A stretch of 64,000 nt of DNA from Macrostomum lignano (taxonomy: Eukaryota). The DNA lies in assembly GCA_002269645.1 (NCBI GenBank), contig NIVC01003501.1, positions 1 through 64,000 of the forward strand, read 5' to 3'. This document shows positions 32,101-45,210 of this stretch, piece after piece. Position numbers and translations under genes: made by a program. Numbering within the stretch: position 1 is the stretch's first letter; the number at the start of each line of letters is the position of its first letter. Under the pieces are notes generated by a model, which ran no database searches, was not told the origin of the DNA, and saw only the letters and a list, made by a program, of their open reading frames with translations.

Positions 32101-32558
32101 AGTATTACTATAGTAAATTTTTAGTGACTAGTTTTACTGTCAGACTTGGAATTATAGATGGAATGTTTGCTGAGCTTAGATTCATGCAGTCTAAACTTAC
32201 TTTTCCTCAAAAAACTATATTTGGGCCAATTATAGTTTATATTGGCAATATTATACATCAATTTAAAAAAAACTTTCTAGTCAAGTCAAATAGATATGCT
32301 TACCTCTCCTTGCCTATTGCCATATGGATTGCACATTAAAGCAATGTTGTTGATAATTACTGCAGTGTCATCAACAAATGGACTAGTTGGATGCCGCTCT
32401 TCAACGTCAATTTCTAAAACATCCATAAAACTTTGTCTTAAAATTTCAACAAGATTTTCATGCTCCGCCCTTGCTGTTTCAATGTCAATTTTTGGGTACT
32501 TTTGAGAAAAAGACTGTGGAATCTTTTGAACGATGGCATAGTTGTACTTAAATGCCAT
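29141..32558 (-). CDS. DDAH: Dimethylarginine dimethylaminohydrolase (DDAH)-like protein, about 281 aa, exons 32558-32304, 30414-30312, 29627-29141; one -1 frameshift at about 29556; catalytic Cys and His appear replaced
   Basis: YAIVQKIPQSF..ARAEHENLVEIL..PFVDDTAVI..NRQGE-ISAIRQTL..AQLEGSDVLFTG-KEIIVGIS.HTNEAGA..SLKDLVCMAG..SNCLYIN..MTKLCLLV follows the DDAH fold order. Splice sites GT-AG in phases 0 and 1. Frameshift at TTC CC GAG TAC. Confidence 0.85.
29675..30005 (+). mobile_element. SINE family A, copy 2 (degenerate head), in DDAH-like intron 2
   Basis: GGCCCAGGCTCGATTCCAAGTGCAGTC..GGGCCGCTGTACACTCCTGTGTG..GAATGGGCAGCAATGCCTCTCGCC shared with copy 1. Confidence 0.87.
30518..31909. mobile_element. 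Old non-autonomous foldback-type DNA element with degenerate about 65-bp inverted arms built from AGACCATTTTGCCCA-like motifs
   Basis: 30518-30583 vs reverse complement of 31845-31909, roughly 80% identical; no TSD resolved. Confidence 0.6.
30853..31658. mobile_element. Non-autonomous hAT-type element, 806 bp
   Basis: 14-bp TIRs CAGTGTTGGGCACC / GGTGCCCAACACTG, flanked by 8-bp TSD ACAATTGT (30845-30852, 31659-31666). Confidence 0.85.
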
Positions 32559-32851
32559 TTTAGCGAGCACTGATAAAAAAGTTACTAATTGGGTTTACTT
32601 GGAACAGCGATTGATAAAGCACGATTTAAGTCTCGCCTATATATAGCGCATAAATTACAAGGAATATAAATACAATTTGAAATTGAATGACAAATCTTGA
32701 TTTATAGGAAATGAACCCTTATATTTTCTTTGTGTGTCTTTCAGGCTAATTTAAAATGCGATATGTCCGGCGTACTACTTTTGTCCGGCGTTTTACAGGT
32801 TGTAGGATGACTTTGTTATAGCATATGAGATGCCCGGCGTATCTATACAAT

Positions 32852-35623
32852 GGGTGTGTATAAAAGCTGGCACTGGCACATTGGACACATTCGACACCCC
32901 TTTTTATAACAAAATTAGATATGAAAATGCAAAATAAACTTGCAGAGCTACTTTTAAAAAATTTTTAAAAAATGATAATAATAGAAATGACATCCTTGCT
33001 TTTGTGATAGATGATTTGTTAAATATTCTTTGTATTATCGTTTTTTGTACATGTTTAATTTGGCATTCGATTTTTTAAAATAATCGCACATGCAAAAACT
33101 GTACAGCTTGCAATGCTATTACTCTGTGATTTTACTACCCCGAAGGTTCTGTACTACAGGCGTACCGATTTAATGCTAAATATGCCTGATATATGAAATG
33201 ATCAAACTAATAGTCAGAACTCAATTCTCCATAAAATGATGAAGCATTCTGCTCTTATCAAAAAACCACAACTTATTTTGTTAGGATTACTTCATGAAGA
33301 ACGAACTTTGGATATTCCAAATTGCAAGTATTTCTATAATAAAATAGTTAATACATTGGCAGATTATTTGATGAAAAAATTGCACCCAAAAAGTTTTTTT
33401 TACTTTGAAAGATGATGAAAATATTAATAATTTCCAAGCTTCTTCTTTTATTAGTTCAATTACTTTTTGTATGATTTCAACCAACAAAAAAGGAATAGTT
33501 ACTCAGTGAAAGTTCAAATTACAGTCTCTTCTTTATATACAATCCTTTTAAGAAAACCTTTATTATTATGAATAATTTGCCAAGTCATGATATTTAAGAA
33601 ATTGTGCTAATCATTTAAATTATGAGTTAAAAAATGCAAGCATATAAGTAAAAAATCTACCCTATAGACCAAGAAGTCTTTTTACTGAAAAGTTATATGT
33701 GACGCTTTGAATAAACAACATATAAACCATCTTCACATAACATTAATTGTCATTTATTTCAGACCTAAATCCTTTAGCACATTAAATATTCTGCACGTAT
33801 GTTGCAGGGTATACTTCCTTCTTCTAAAATCCTACAAATGACACAAAGTTTTAATAGGCAAATTTATTAGTATTGTTTATATTAATATTTCTATGTTTAT
33901 GAGAAGTTTTCCAATAAGAACAAGTTCCCAATCATTAAAACACGATTTTTTAATTCTAATGTCTAAAATTATGGTGTTCTAAGGGACCAAGTGATAGGTT
34001 TTAAGCTACTATTAGCACCTGCATGATTTATTTATTTAATACCTACACATTCCTTAATATCTATAGTTTGCCTAATTGCCTAATTGCTAACCCTAATTCT
34101 AGCCTTCTTGGCTTACAAGTTTGAGTCTTCACAGCATATTATTCAATTCAAGCCCTACTAATTTTATTAGCCTCTCTTAATTTTATAAAATAATAATTTT
34201 CTTTAGTGTAACTGCTCCAAAAATTTAAATTTTAATTTAAGTAGTGTGCCGAAACACCACTTGCACCATTACAGCCCTGTCTATAATTTTTTTGTGCTAA
34301 TTGGTTGACCACTTTCAATAATTTTCTTGGGTCAAGAGTGTGATATCTGCATATCGCAGCATGAATTTTTTAAAGAATCCCTAATTTTATACAAGGAATC
34401 ATATATATTTATAGAAAGTTAGCTCTTAGAGTAGAGATAAAGTACATAAGACTATTAAAAGCAACTTTTCATACAATTGCTTATGGTAATGATTTCTATT
34501 GTTATAAAGTTACAAATAAATAAAAAGTTACATTGCATTTAAACTGTTCTTTATGAGTTGTAAGCCTTTCAACTCAGAGTGCACTTCAATTGCTTTAATA
34601 TACATTGCTAGATGTTATTTAGCATTTCTTTGTTATTTATCATTTAACTCATTGCATTGTTTAATTGCTAATTTCATTTGCTCAGCTGCAATATTTATTA
34701 CTTTTTTATTAATGCCAATGTTTGTTATACTTTTTCTCCCAATTTTTAGTGTTTGTGGTATTCTTTTGTCAAATTTTAATTTTTCAGCTGTATCTATCTT
34801 TACAAAAAATTGTACCTGTAAACTTATGGTTTTTTGCTTACAATGGTACTGTACTAAATTATATTTTATTTCCTTGTTAGATTCTCTAAATTGAAAAAGT
34901 AATGCACTGCTTTATTATCATGCATATTGAATATTAAGGATAGTTAGTATTCCTTCCTTGAAAAAGATTCTAGAGTTGGATTCTTTTTGATAAGAGAATA
35001 AATAATTTATTGAGTTTAAATGTTTTTAAAACATTAATTAATTGCATTTTGATGGAAATCATAACTTAAAAAATTATTCGTTTTTTTATTTAAGACACGG
35101 GGGATTTCAAAAGTCCATATTAACAACAAATCAAACATTAAAATTATGGGAGAGAGAGAGAGAGAAGTATTAGATTCACTTTCACCATTGCTGTTGATTT
35201 ATGGAAAGGCAGTAAACAAGCCAGAGCAGCTGCAAATTGTCAAATATGCCATGTCCGGCTATAAAATTCTGCAACTAGTCTGCTGCTCACTTTTTCCAAC
35301 GTTTATTGAGGACAAGAAACGGCATTTAATGTTTCTATGTTTTCTGTAAGTGCACAAACTAGGTAAATGAAAATGACGTACCGAAAGTAGTTCGACAATA
35401 AAGCAAGATAAGAAATGAATTTAAATGTAGTATAAAACTTGTTGATACTACCAATCTCATGGTTGTTAGAAGTATATGAAAAAGTGCAATTATAAATAAA
35501 TATTTACATTTTCATTCGAAAGCCAAAGTATATTTATTCAAGCAAAACAACGACCAAAACTCGATTTTTGTTAACATAAGGGGTGTCCAATGTGCCAATG
35601 GTGCCCTGCTTTTATACATACCC
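32852..35623. mobile_element. Mutator/MULE-like DNA transposon relic, 2,772 bp
   Basis: Perfect 10-bp TSD TCTATACAAT (32842-32851, 35624-35633); imperfect about 65-bp TIRs beginning GGGT(G/A)TGTATAAAAGC..TGGCACATTGGACAC; AT-rich decayed interior. Confidence 0.8.
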
Positions 35624-36603
35624 TCTATACAATAACGTTCACAGCAAAAATAGTCTGGAGAAAGAGAGAGCTGTTGCATCTTTTTTCTCGCTTTTATGTC
35701 TGCTACCTGGTTCTTTTTTATTATGAGCTTCTGTGTGTGTCTAAAAGTGGAGATTTAACCTTTTCCCTATATGCCGTGAACTCAACATTTAACTGAGTTT
35801 TTACCTATGAGTTGTCTTGCATCCACATGTTGGCAAAATGCTTAAATATTATTAGAGTTGTCTTTTTTAAAGTTGACAAATGCTGGAGCGGTGCAGTTCT
35901 ATAATTCATGTCGAAACACGCGACCTTCTACTTCAAGTAAATAAGTATGATATATATAGACATGCATATATATAGACGTGTACATGTATTTTGTATGTAC
36001 ATGTACAGTATGAGTGCAATCTAACGAGTAAAGTTAGGATGGCTGATGCAGAATAATGCACAATGGAAACAATCTTCAAGCGGCTCTGTGACTGTTGTTA
36101 TGATATGACAATTTACAACTTTACCCCACAAGGTACGGTGAATGAGCAATTATACAAATAATAATCATTATAATTGTTTTCATCCTAAATACATAAATCG
36201 GAAAGTACATACTTCATGATCACAAAAAATTTAACAAACAGCAAACGGAGATTTCGCTTATTTATCAATCGTACGTACAAGTACGTCTGGAATCTGTGGG
36301 TTTAAAAGTGCTGCTAAATTTAGATCATGCAACAACTTGCGGAAAACATTTGAATGGAAGGACGATATGAGAAGCCACTCCATACAGCAATCGTCTGTTC
36401 ATAGCTTGACGTATCTAAAAGATCCATGCTAGAATACTTTTCCGTGGAGCAAAAGAGCAATGCACAACTGCAAACGAGCGTGAAGCATCTGAAATCCGCA
36501 TTCACTTTCAAGGATTAAATATCATTTAGCGGCAGAGTAGATAAAGATAAACTCGATCATTTGGCAGCGACGAGCGTACATGTGATTCATAACGATAGTT
36601 TTT

Positions 36604-39580
36604 CTATAGCACGCTGCAGCATCTTCTCTGGCTGCCGCAGCCGCTGTCGCTGTCGCTACCATGTCGACGCCGACGTCGAAGGTCCACAGCGCTTGAGCCG
36701 TTGCGCATCTGCATGGAGCTGTTCGCCAAGCTGACTCCAGTAGCGCCGCTGCGACCAACTAAGGAGTAGTACTTCAGCAGTTTGCGGGCCACCTCTCTCA
36801 GCATGTCGGACACACCGTCGCCTTTTGTTAAGGAAATGTAAGTAAAAATACTGAAGGAGGATGCATACATTTTTAGTTACCGTTGTATCAGCACGTTCGT
36901 ATCGCTTGTTTACGTAATATTTAGCGATGCTTCATGCCTCCATAAATGAATCCTATTCAACTGTTTTAAAGAAACCTGCACTTGCTTTGTGCCACACAAG
37001 CTTCAACCTGCCGTTCGCACATGTAGATGCAGGCTCAAACTGCGTCATCATTAAGAGAACATAATTTCAAACAACCTGCAGGCGAAAAACTTAAAGTGCA
37101 ACTGATCCACAGTTTTGAGCATTTAAAAGTAATAGCTGCAATGCAAACAAGCGCGGGCCTTCAAATAATTTTCATTATCTGATGGCGCAACGTCCTGAAA
37201 AAACGGTAACTCCTTCTAGTGGTCCTTGATTTAATGATTGCTGCATGCACCTACTGACCTGTTTTTGCAGATACAGACGAGATGAGCTTGCAGTTGAATG
37301 TTGCTGCAAAGTTTTGCAGTTGCTCCTGCGTTATAGCCGGATTGAGGTCGTTCTTATTGGCCACGATCACCTTCAGGCCTATTGAATTGGAAGTGTGTGG
37401 GTGACTTGAGGAGCTGGGACCGCTATTTTGCTGCTTCAGTTCGTGTCCTAGTCTAGCATTGTAGTTATGTAGGCTACATGCAAGCGTATAGGCCACAACC
37501 CCCTTGTAGCATAATCTAGCCTAGTGGTCAGAGCGTCGGACTCGTACGACTTGAAGGTCGGGGGTTCGATTCTCGACCGAATCGGAACAATTTGTGTCCT
37601 TGAGCAAGACACTTAGTTCTGCATTGCTTCAGTTCACCCAGCTGTAAGATGGGTGCCAGCATTAGCTGGGGTATTTGAGGCTGTGTGGTGACCCCCCAGT
37701 CCTTAGACTGAACAGCCGTACGCAGCCTTCAGATGCTCCGCGCAATAGCTGCGGCTGAGCTGTCGGTTGCACATCTGGCCCAATTGGGGCAGGTGTAATA
37801 AAAAATAATATTAGCTAATTCACTCACAGTCTTTACAATAAAAGTCCACATCCTGATTCCATCGGTGTAGACTGTCTAACGAAGTTTTATCGTCACTACT
37901 GCAGGTTAGTAGTACGCAGTGCGTATTTCTGTAGTAGTTTCTAGTTAGTGTGCGAAATCTTTCCACGCCAGCTGTGTCCCAGAGAGCGAACTGTTGATTG
38001 ATTGACAAGGTTGTACTTTAGTATCAAGCAGGTGTATGAATCATGTGGCATCCACAAAGAATGACCGTGTTTTAAAAGGCTATCATATGTCAATCCATAA
38101 ACTATCGTATGTCTTGAGTATCACAGAGAGGCAGCCAAAATTCTGAGTAAAGAAATTGGACTCCTATAGCTGAAAAATAAGGGTTAGTCTTCTAAATTGC
38201 CAACGAGTTTTTTAAACCATGCAGCCAGGCAACCCGATGAAGCACTGTGGAACAATGGTTCAAAGCATTCTATAGAGAGAGTAAGGCGATGCTGGCTCCC
38301 GACCAGAACGGAATACTTTATCGATCTGTTGAAACAGTTGGGAATCAGTACTCAAAGAAAGAAATATGAAGTCATGGTCATGCGGGATTCGTTTGACACA
38401 AAAAGCACAGGCTCCCCCTCCCAGCCTCCACTGAGCCCCATAGCCAATATGCCGGAAGTGAGAGCAGATGGAGAGGTTCAGGCGACTTGGGGCAACTAAA
38501 ATACATGGATTAAAAGTGCTTTTTTCTTTCTATATGGCACGGAGATAGGATGAGTGGCCAGGCTACTATGGCAAGGAAGAATACGCATGCTGAGTCTGCT
38601 TCCGACACGACGCGTCCTGGCAACCCGAGAGCAGCGCTATATGCTATTCTATAGAACTAAAGGCATCAACCAAAACCAGCTGGTCTGTTTTTAATAAACA
38701 ATTTAGAAGGCCCAGCGTCTACAATTTCCTACGAGATTTAAAAGCTCTTATAGTTTACCAAAGCTGTTAATTAGATGCAGGGTAAAAATGGCTGATGAAG
38801 AATTGGTGAATTGTATATTAAGGGGAGACAGCATCAGTTTTCGTTGATTGGTCCACTGAACCTGAACGGGAAGTTTTAGAAGTTTTTTTTTCAGTAGCAT
38901 TGGTAGTGAGAAAAAGGTTGGTTAAAATATGGCATCACAATGAGAAGCCGTACCCCTCACGTTTGACTATAGTGGCTTGTGGGTGTAGGAAATTTCCCGG
39001 AACTGAACTGACGGCTTAGTTCACACTGGCTCTCTCGCCCGTCTCTTCCTCTGCCCGCATGTCTTCCTCCACGTTAAAAAAGGTTTCCAGGCGTGCCTAC
39101 CAGCCTGGTTACAAGCTCTCGATACGCTCACAGATGCGAGGCTGCTGAGCAAACTAGCAGACAAGAAGACTTATAGCATGATTGTTTCCTTCAAAGCTAT
39201 TGACAAAATTTGATTCTATTCTCGGTGGCAACAAGAAAGAAGCGAATGAAATGCAAGTCTCTTCTGCAAGACACCATTCAAGGTGAGTCCTGTACACCCG
39301 CACCACTGCACACCGGCTGAAATCAAAGCACTATTTTTAATATTCTGCTCTGCTAAAACTGCTGACTGACAACTATGCATGAAAATTAAAAACTGACCTT
39401 AACACGAGCCTCATCAACTTCGACTGACGTGCTGCAGCTGTCGATGCCTACGGTGACATCGGCGCTGAAGATGTCCTCCTTGATGCGCATAAACAGCGAA
39501 GTCTTGCCAACGCCACTCTCGCCAATGAGAACCAGCTTAAACATTGGCGTCCGCAGCATTGAGTACCTGTGATCTTGCAT
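36604..39580 (-). CDS. Rab-like small GTPase, about 227 aa, exons 39580(or 39559)-39398, 37990-37828, 37378-37259, 36821-36604
   Basis: G1 GESGVGKT, G2 TVGID, G3 WDTAGVERF, RNYYRN, G4 NKND, G5 SAK, C-terminal prenylation motif RRCCSVL; GT-AG sites with consistent phases. Confidence 0.9.
37516..37810 (+). mobile_element. tRNA-derived SINE, family B (CORE-like central domain), copy 1, in Rab intron 2
   Basis: A-box TAGCCTAGTGG, B-box GGTTCGATTCTC, then GTGTCCTTGAGCAAGACACTT..CTTCAGTTCACCCAGCTGTAA; AT-rich tail. Confidence 0.9.
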
Positions 39581-40162
39581 GACCTCCCCGGTGATCCAAA
39601 ACTCTGCAGTGGGGGTCAATTTAGGACGCTGACAACCGGAAATTAGTAGGCTTAGGCCAGGCTGCTAAGTAATTAAGTTCTTGGTATCGCGCAAGTTATT
39701 CCAACTCGGAGCTTTTTTGCAAAATCAAGAAATGCAGAAATTTACTCTGTATAAGAACCTTTCACTCTGTGCACATTCCAGCACCCACCCCAGGGCAGCA
39801 AGATAAGAAAGTGCAGCCAAAATCTGTTTATGGTAGTACAAGCCTGAGATCAAACTGCAGGGACCAAAACGATGTACAAAGTGGGCAATGTTTGTTCTTG
39901 TGAACGTCAGCAACTGAAATAGCTGTTCAAAGAAATGACGACATGTTTGGGTAGTAATTTTAGATTGCAAATAAAATAACTTTTACAGCATATCACGAGT
40001 ATAAATTTCCCTGCAATCACACGAAGGATTGTTAATTTCTATTTACAGGAAATGACCATCTGAATTTACACTTTTGTTCAAATTAGTAATGACAATAAAT
40101 GATTCGTTTGTATACATCAGATTTTTGGAACCGATAGAACTTTGGACCGTATATACCATTAA

Positions 40163-40460
40163 AGGGTTGTAGCCTAGTGGTTAGCGAGTCGGAATCACGT
40201 CTGAAAGGTCGGGGGTTCGATTCTCGACCCACTTGGAACAATTTGTGTCCTTGAGCAAGACACTTAACTCTGCATTGCTTCAGTTCACCCAGCTGTAAAT
40301 GAGTGCCAGCATTAGCTGGGGTATTTGAGGCTGTGTGGTGACCCCACAGTCCTTGGACTGAACAGCCGTACGCAGCCTTCAGATGCGCCGCGCAATAGCT
40401 GCGGCTGAGCTGTCGGTTGCACATCTGGCCCAATCGGGGCAGTTGTAATCAATTATTATT
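40163..40460 (+). mobile_element. SINE family B, copy 2
   Basis: Same head, core and 3' body as the 37516 copy. Confidence 0.9.
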
Positions 40461-40618
40461 TCTATTATACCTTACCTATAAGCACGTATACGTATAAGAA
40501 CTGACCACTTTAAAGAATATCTAGCAAGTTATAGATAAACTTTTCTTCTATAAGGGTTCCGACTTGAATTCCGAACATTAACTAAAATCACCATTACCTG
40601 CACACCACCCCCTTCCTG

Positions 40619-42782
40619 ATGCTCAGAGCCCAGCTCAGCGGCAAAAGTCTGAGCGCCAGCACTAGCGGAGCAGGAGGCCACGGGGCTTCTGCGCTTGTCA
40701 GCGACATAAATCGCGATGCTGACCGACAGAGCGCGCGCTTCTTCGGCATTCACAAGGTGGCGCAGTCCAAACAGCGGGGCCGCGGGCCCCAGCTCAGCGA
40801 GTGCTACGTCCTGCTGCCTGGAGAGGGTGTCGTCAACATTCCGTTTGATGAGGCTGGAGATTCTGAGGCGACTCTGGCTAGTGTTGGACAGCAACTGGAG
40901 CTGCAGACTGGATTCGCCATGTCTGCCTGTTGCTTGGTGCCCAGCAGTAAGAATTTCGTCTGAAGCATTGTAGCCTTTTATTTACTAGATCTTTTGATAA
41001 AGAACTCGATTGGAGCAATAGACAGCTAGCGGCTTCGAAGTCGTCACCTACCGGAAGTCACTGAAGTCAGTTAGCGCTCAGTCCTGTGTCATAAGAGGTC
41101 CCGGGATCAATTCCAGGTTTGATAAAAAATGTAGGACTCATAGGACTTTTGAACTCTCATAAGTATATTTATTAAAGCGCCATCTTCTTCCAAATTGTCG
41201 TCTATTAGGTGAAGTCGCCAATCGACGTGAAAACGCCGGTAGCCGGATCTTTCATGGTGCAACGCTGAGCCTGAGCCTGCAGCCGGCCTACCAGCAGCTG
41301 CTGACAGACGTGCAGGCGGGCAACTGCTCCGGGGTGCGAGCCTGGCTGCTAGCGGCTGCCAGAGCGGCTCCAGGCGGCGGTGTTGAAGCAGCCGACGGTC
41401 GACTTAGGCTACGACCGGTCGCGCACGCGGGGCTCCTGCTGGCCTGCTGCCTTGGAAGCCTGACTTTTGTGCGCCTGTTTCTCCAGAGCATGCGTGAGTG
41501 CTGGCTGGGACCGATAGAGAAAGTAACACTCTTCGAAATTGTCATCCAAGTCTTCACTTAGTAACAGAAAATCTTCGTGTGACAACAACAGAATGCACAG
41601 GCCACGAGTGGCCACAAAGGAGGCTAAGGTACGCTCGTATCAGAACAAACGCATTTAGGCCGCACTTCTCAAGAAGTGAGCTCCCTCAGTCAGAGTCAGA
41701 ACTGGGTCTCTCGCATCCCTCAGAAGCAGCTGGCTCCGTCCATCCAGCTTCTCCAGGTCATCCGTCAGGGTCCATATAATAATGAGGATATGTATGTATA
41801 ATAACTATGAATAATTATTCATGTTCAGCCAGCAACTTTCAAGAAAATACGCCAAAACCCTAGCAAAAGTGGGCACTAGAAGTACTAAGAGTAACCTAAA
41901 ATCAGCTGGCTAGGCTATTTTGCTAAAAGTTGCCCCTTTAACTCTGCTGTCAACATATTTTCTATAATTGCAAGTGCACTTAATTGCTAGTTCTAGACAG
42001 ACAATCTACAGTCCGTCACTACTTGGGTTTAGAGATAAGCCTTGAGCATGCTCAGGCGAGAGCCCAAATCTTTAATTTCATTCGGAAGAACCCAGCGCGC
42101 GTTGCAGTTCGCTGAAGCAACGAATTAGAAGAAAGTGGCGCTTAAAATGACGCTTTTGGTTCCTAAAGTGGGCATTTTTGTTTAAACTGCTGATAGCAGG
42201 ATCCTTTCTTCCAGAATCAAGGTGCGCATTCGAACAAACCGAATAAACCGTTCTTGAGAATTACCTTGAAACTGAATATAGATACTTTCATTATTCGATA
42301 GCAATGCGGAAAGCTAAGTGAAATTCTGTAAAGGTTTCAGGAATACGAGTATTTGCATTTTTACCAAGAGAAAAATAAGAATACTAATAATATTCGATTA
42401 CACCTGCCTTAATGGCCAGATGTGCAACCGACAGCTCAGCCACAGCTATTGCGCGGCGCATCTGAAGGCTGCGTACGGCTGTTCAGTCCAAGGACTGGGG
42501 GGTCGCCACACACAGCCTCAATTACCCCAGCTATTGCTGGCACCCATTTTACAGCTGGGTGAACTGAAGCAATGCAGAGTTAAGTGTCCTGCTCAAGGAC
42601 ACAAATTGTTCCGATTGGGTCGAGAAAGTACGTCTCAATACATGATTGCTAATGTTAAATTTAAATCAGCAATCAGATTAAAAGCGGTGGGTTTCAACAC
42701 CAACTACTTAGAAAGTAGTAAAATCTATTAGGTATGTATTAAAATGTATGAAGAGTTCGCTTCAGCACACTAGAGAGAGAGG

Positions 42783-42871
<89 letters not shown>

Positions 42872-44288
42872 AAGTCTAGTGTCTAAACGCACGAGCTCCC
42901 ACTTCCAGACCTAGGCCTGGGAACAAATTCAGTGATCACTTTACTGTTGTGGGCTCCTCTTCTTAGTTGCGCGGGTTCGTAGAGCTCCTGGTCTTCCTGT
43001 TATCCTTCCTCCGGAGTAGTTTTCTTGATATCTAAAATCGGCCGAACGTGAGAGCGTAACGATTCAATTCGTCGACTTCGGAATATTCCTTGAGTTCAAA
43101 ATCAATACTTTATCGAATGCAGGAATCAGAGATGCGCCCTAGTAACAGAATCAACTCTATAACAATGACGAGGTCCTCCAGAAAGGGCGCCTTCTTCTAG
43201 AACTAACGGAATTGGAGTCGTGTGCCCCTATCGGTTACTCTAGGGTAACAAAATCAATCAATCGGTAAACCTCTAAGGGTATTTATTGGAATCGATCCGC
43301 AGATCCTATCCGATCCCTTAGGAAAAGGGAGGCCTCGAATTCAGTAAAATCAGTAAATTCAACTGATCAGTAACGGCCGGCAATAACACCGCTCTCAATA
43401 ATCAAAATAACGAAGACTCGAACAAAGGCTTACCGAACGGTATCTACTTCTCCCAGAGATGTAGCCTCGTAGTTCTTGGGTGTTCTCAAGTCCTCTTGAG
43501 GCTGCTCCGAGTTTAAGATTTTTGCTCGGATTTTGGCTTGTATTTATAGGCAAATTATTGCCTATATTTTAGAATTTTAGCGAATCCAATAGGTTTCGGG
43601 CATCATTTACCATATTCGGGAGTTCTAAAATTAAATGTTGCGAACCGGCACAATAAAAGTGTCATTCGCTGTTTCGTGATACTACTGAGAATAGATTTTG
43701 ATCGCATAACCAACCAACAAACTGACAAAACTTTTGGTTTTTACGTATTTTTATCTTACTACTTCTAGAAGTATGTTTGTACTGTATTTCGTAGATCTCT
43801 ACAAGTACAATAAATAACTCCCCAAGATCTGCCACCCCATTCCAGCCGAGCTGGCCAACACGGTCACGAGTCGGTCAGGCCGCACCTGCTTGCACCTGGC
43901 TTGCTATCACGAGCTAGCCGCCATCTGCCGACTGCTGCTCAGTCGGATGTGCCGTCAGGCTGCCGGCTACGCCGACTGCAACGGCCTGCGAGCGGCCGAC
44001 TACGCCAGTCAGGGGTCACCGGCTCGAATCCTGGCGCTGAAGGCGTCGGCAGCTCCATCGACATCTAGGCTACAGGGTCGATTGGAGGGAAGATTTTCCA
44101 GCACAGATGAAGATTGTTGTCATGGTAAAGGTTGCCAATCAACGACGCATCGTCTACGGCTGTTCGACTTCCCGATGCCGGACCATCGGTCTGGAGGCTG
44201 CAGTGGCTGTTGCCAGCATCGGCAGCAGCTTTATCAGCCCTACCTTCCGGTGCTGGGGTCGAGGACTCGGACTGATGCCGGACCCTGA
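40619..44288 (+). CDS. Ankyrin-repeat protein, exons 40619-40946, 41209-41493, 43846-(about 44288; 3' end uncertain)
   Basis: Phase-1 donors A|GTAAGA and C|GTGAGT join in frame to give ..GLLLACCLGSLTFVRLFLQSM-P-ELANTVTSRSGRTCLHLACYHELAAICRLLL..DCNGLRAADYA, canonical ankyrin motifs. Start codon and last exon are inferred. Confidence 0.6.
42393..42625 (-). mobile_element. SINE family B, copy 3 (5'-truncated), in ankyrin gene intron 2
   Basis: Reverse-complement match to core and 3' body; stops within the B-box. Confidence 0.88.
42787..42868. repeat. (GA)n microsatellite
   Basis: Direct reading. Confidence 0.98.
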
Positions 44289-44763
44289 TTGAGGCCCTGG
44301 GAGAGATTTGTTTTTGAGTTTAAACTCACGCTCCATGTACGCTCGTATACTTCTAATAGCGTATTTATATCTGAAAGTAAGAAAAATGAAGTAAAATTTC
44401 GATATTGCGCTCTTGTGAATCGTAAAATTATTTGCCGTATTTACCATAGCTACTATAGACAGATGTTTGAAGTTCAACGATTCTTACCTATAGATAGTGT
44501 ATTTATGCATTTAAACAACACGCGCGGTGAAGGAAGTTCAGTGGGATTTTTAGTCACTTTCGCATTTTATATTTCGGGGCAAACGAAAGTTGATAATTGC
44601 TAGGCCGTAAAAACTTATATATAAACTGGAGCAGACCAGTATTGGCAAACAATAAAAGGATAGCTCCTATGGTCGATAAATAGAGCTCGGGATGTCCGCC
44701 GTCGTAGTGTCGGTCTCCTTCCTTTCTCTCGACTCCAGAGGAGGACGCCTCGTCCAACCTAGT

Positions 44764-45210
44764 CAACCAACCAACCAACCAACCAACCAACCAACCAACC
44801 AACCAACCAACCAACCAACCAACCAACCAACCAACCAACCAACCAACCAACCAACCAACCAACCAACCAACCAACCAACCAACCAACCAACCAACCAACC
44901 AACCAACCAACCAACCAACCAACCAACCAACCAACCAACCAACCAACCAACCAACCAACCAACCAACCAACCAACCAACCAACCAACCAACCAACCAACC
45001 AACCAACCAACCAACCAACCAACCAACCAACCAACCAACCAACCAACCAACCAACCAACCAACCAACCAACCAACCAACCAACCAACCAACCAACCAACC
45101 AACCAACCAACCAACCAACCAACCAACCAACCAACCAACCAACCAACCAACCAACCAACCAACCAACCAACCAACCAACCAACCAACCCGCAACCAACCA
45201 ACCAACCAAC
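44764..45210. repeat. (CAAC)n microsatellite, about 111 copies
   Basis: Direct reading. Confidence 0.98.

Noticed and set aside
40529-40894. Minus-strand 121-aa ORF
   Set aside because: Antisense to the plus-strand exon that splices in phase into ankyrin repeats
42945-43652. Possible solo LTR on the minus strand (TATAAATA at about 43545, AATAAA at about 43285, TG..CA candidates)
   Set aside because: No TSD at any candidate boundary and no second copy in the window; unsupported without a database search
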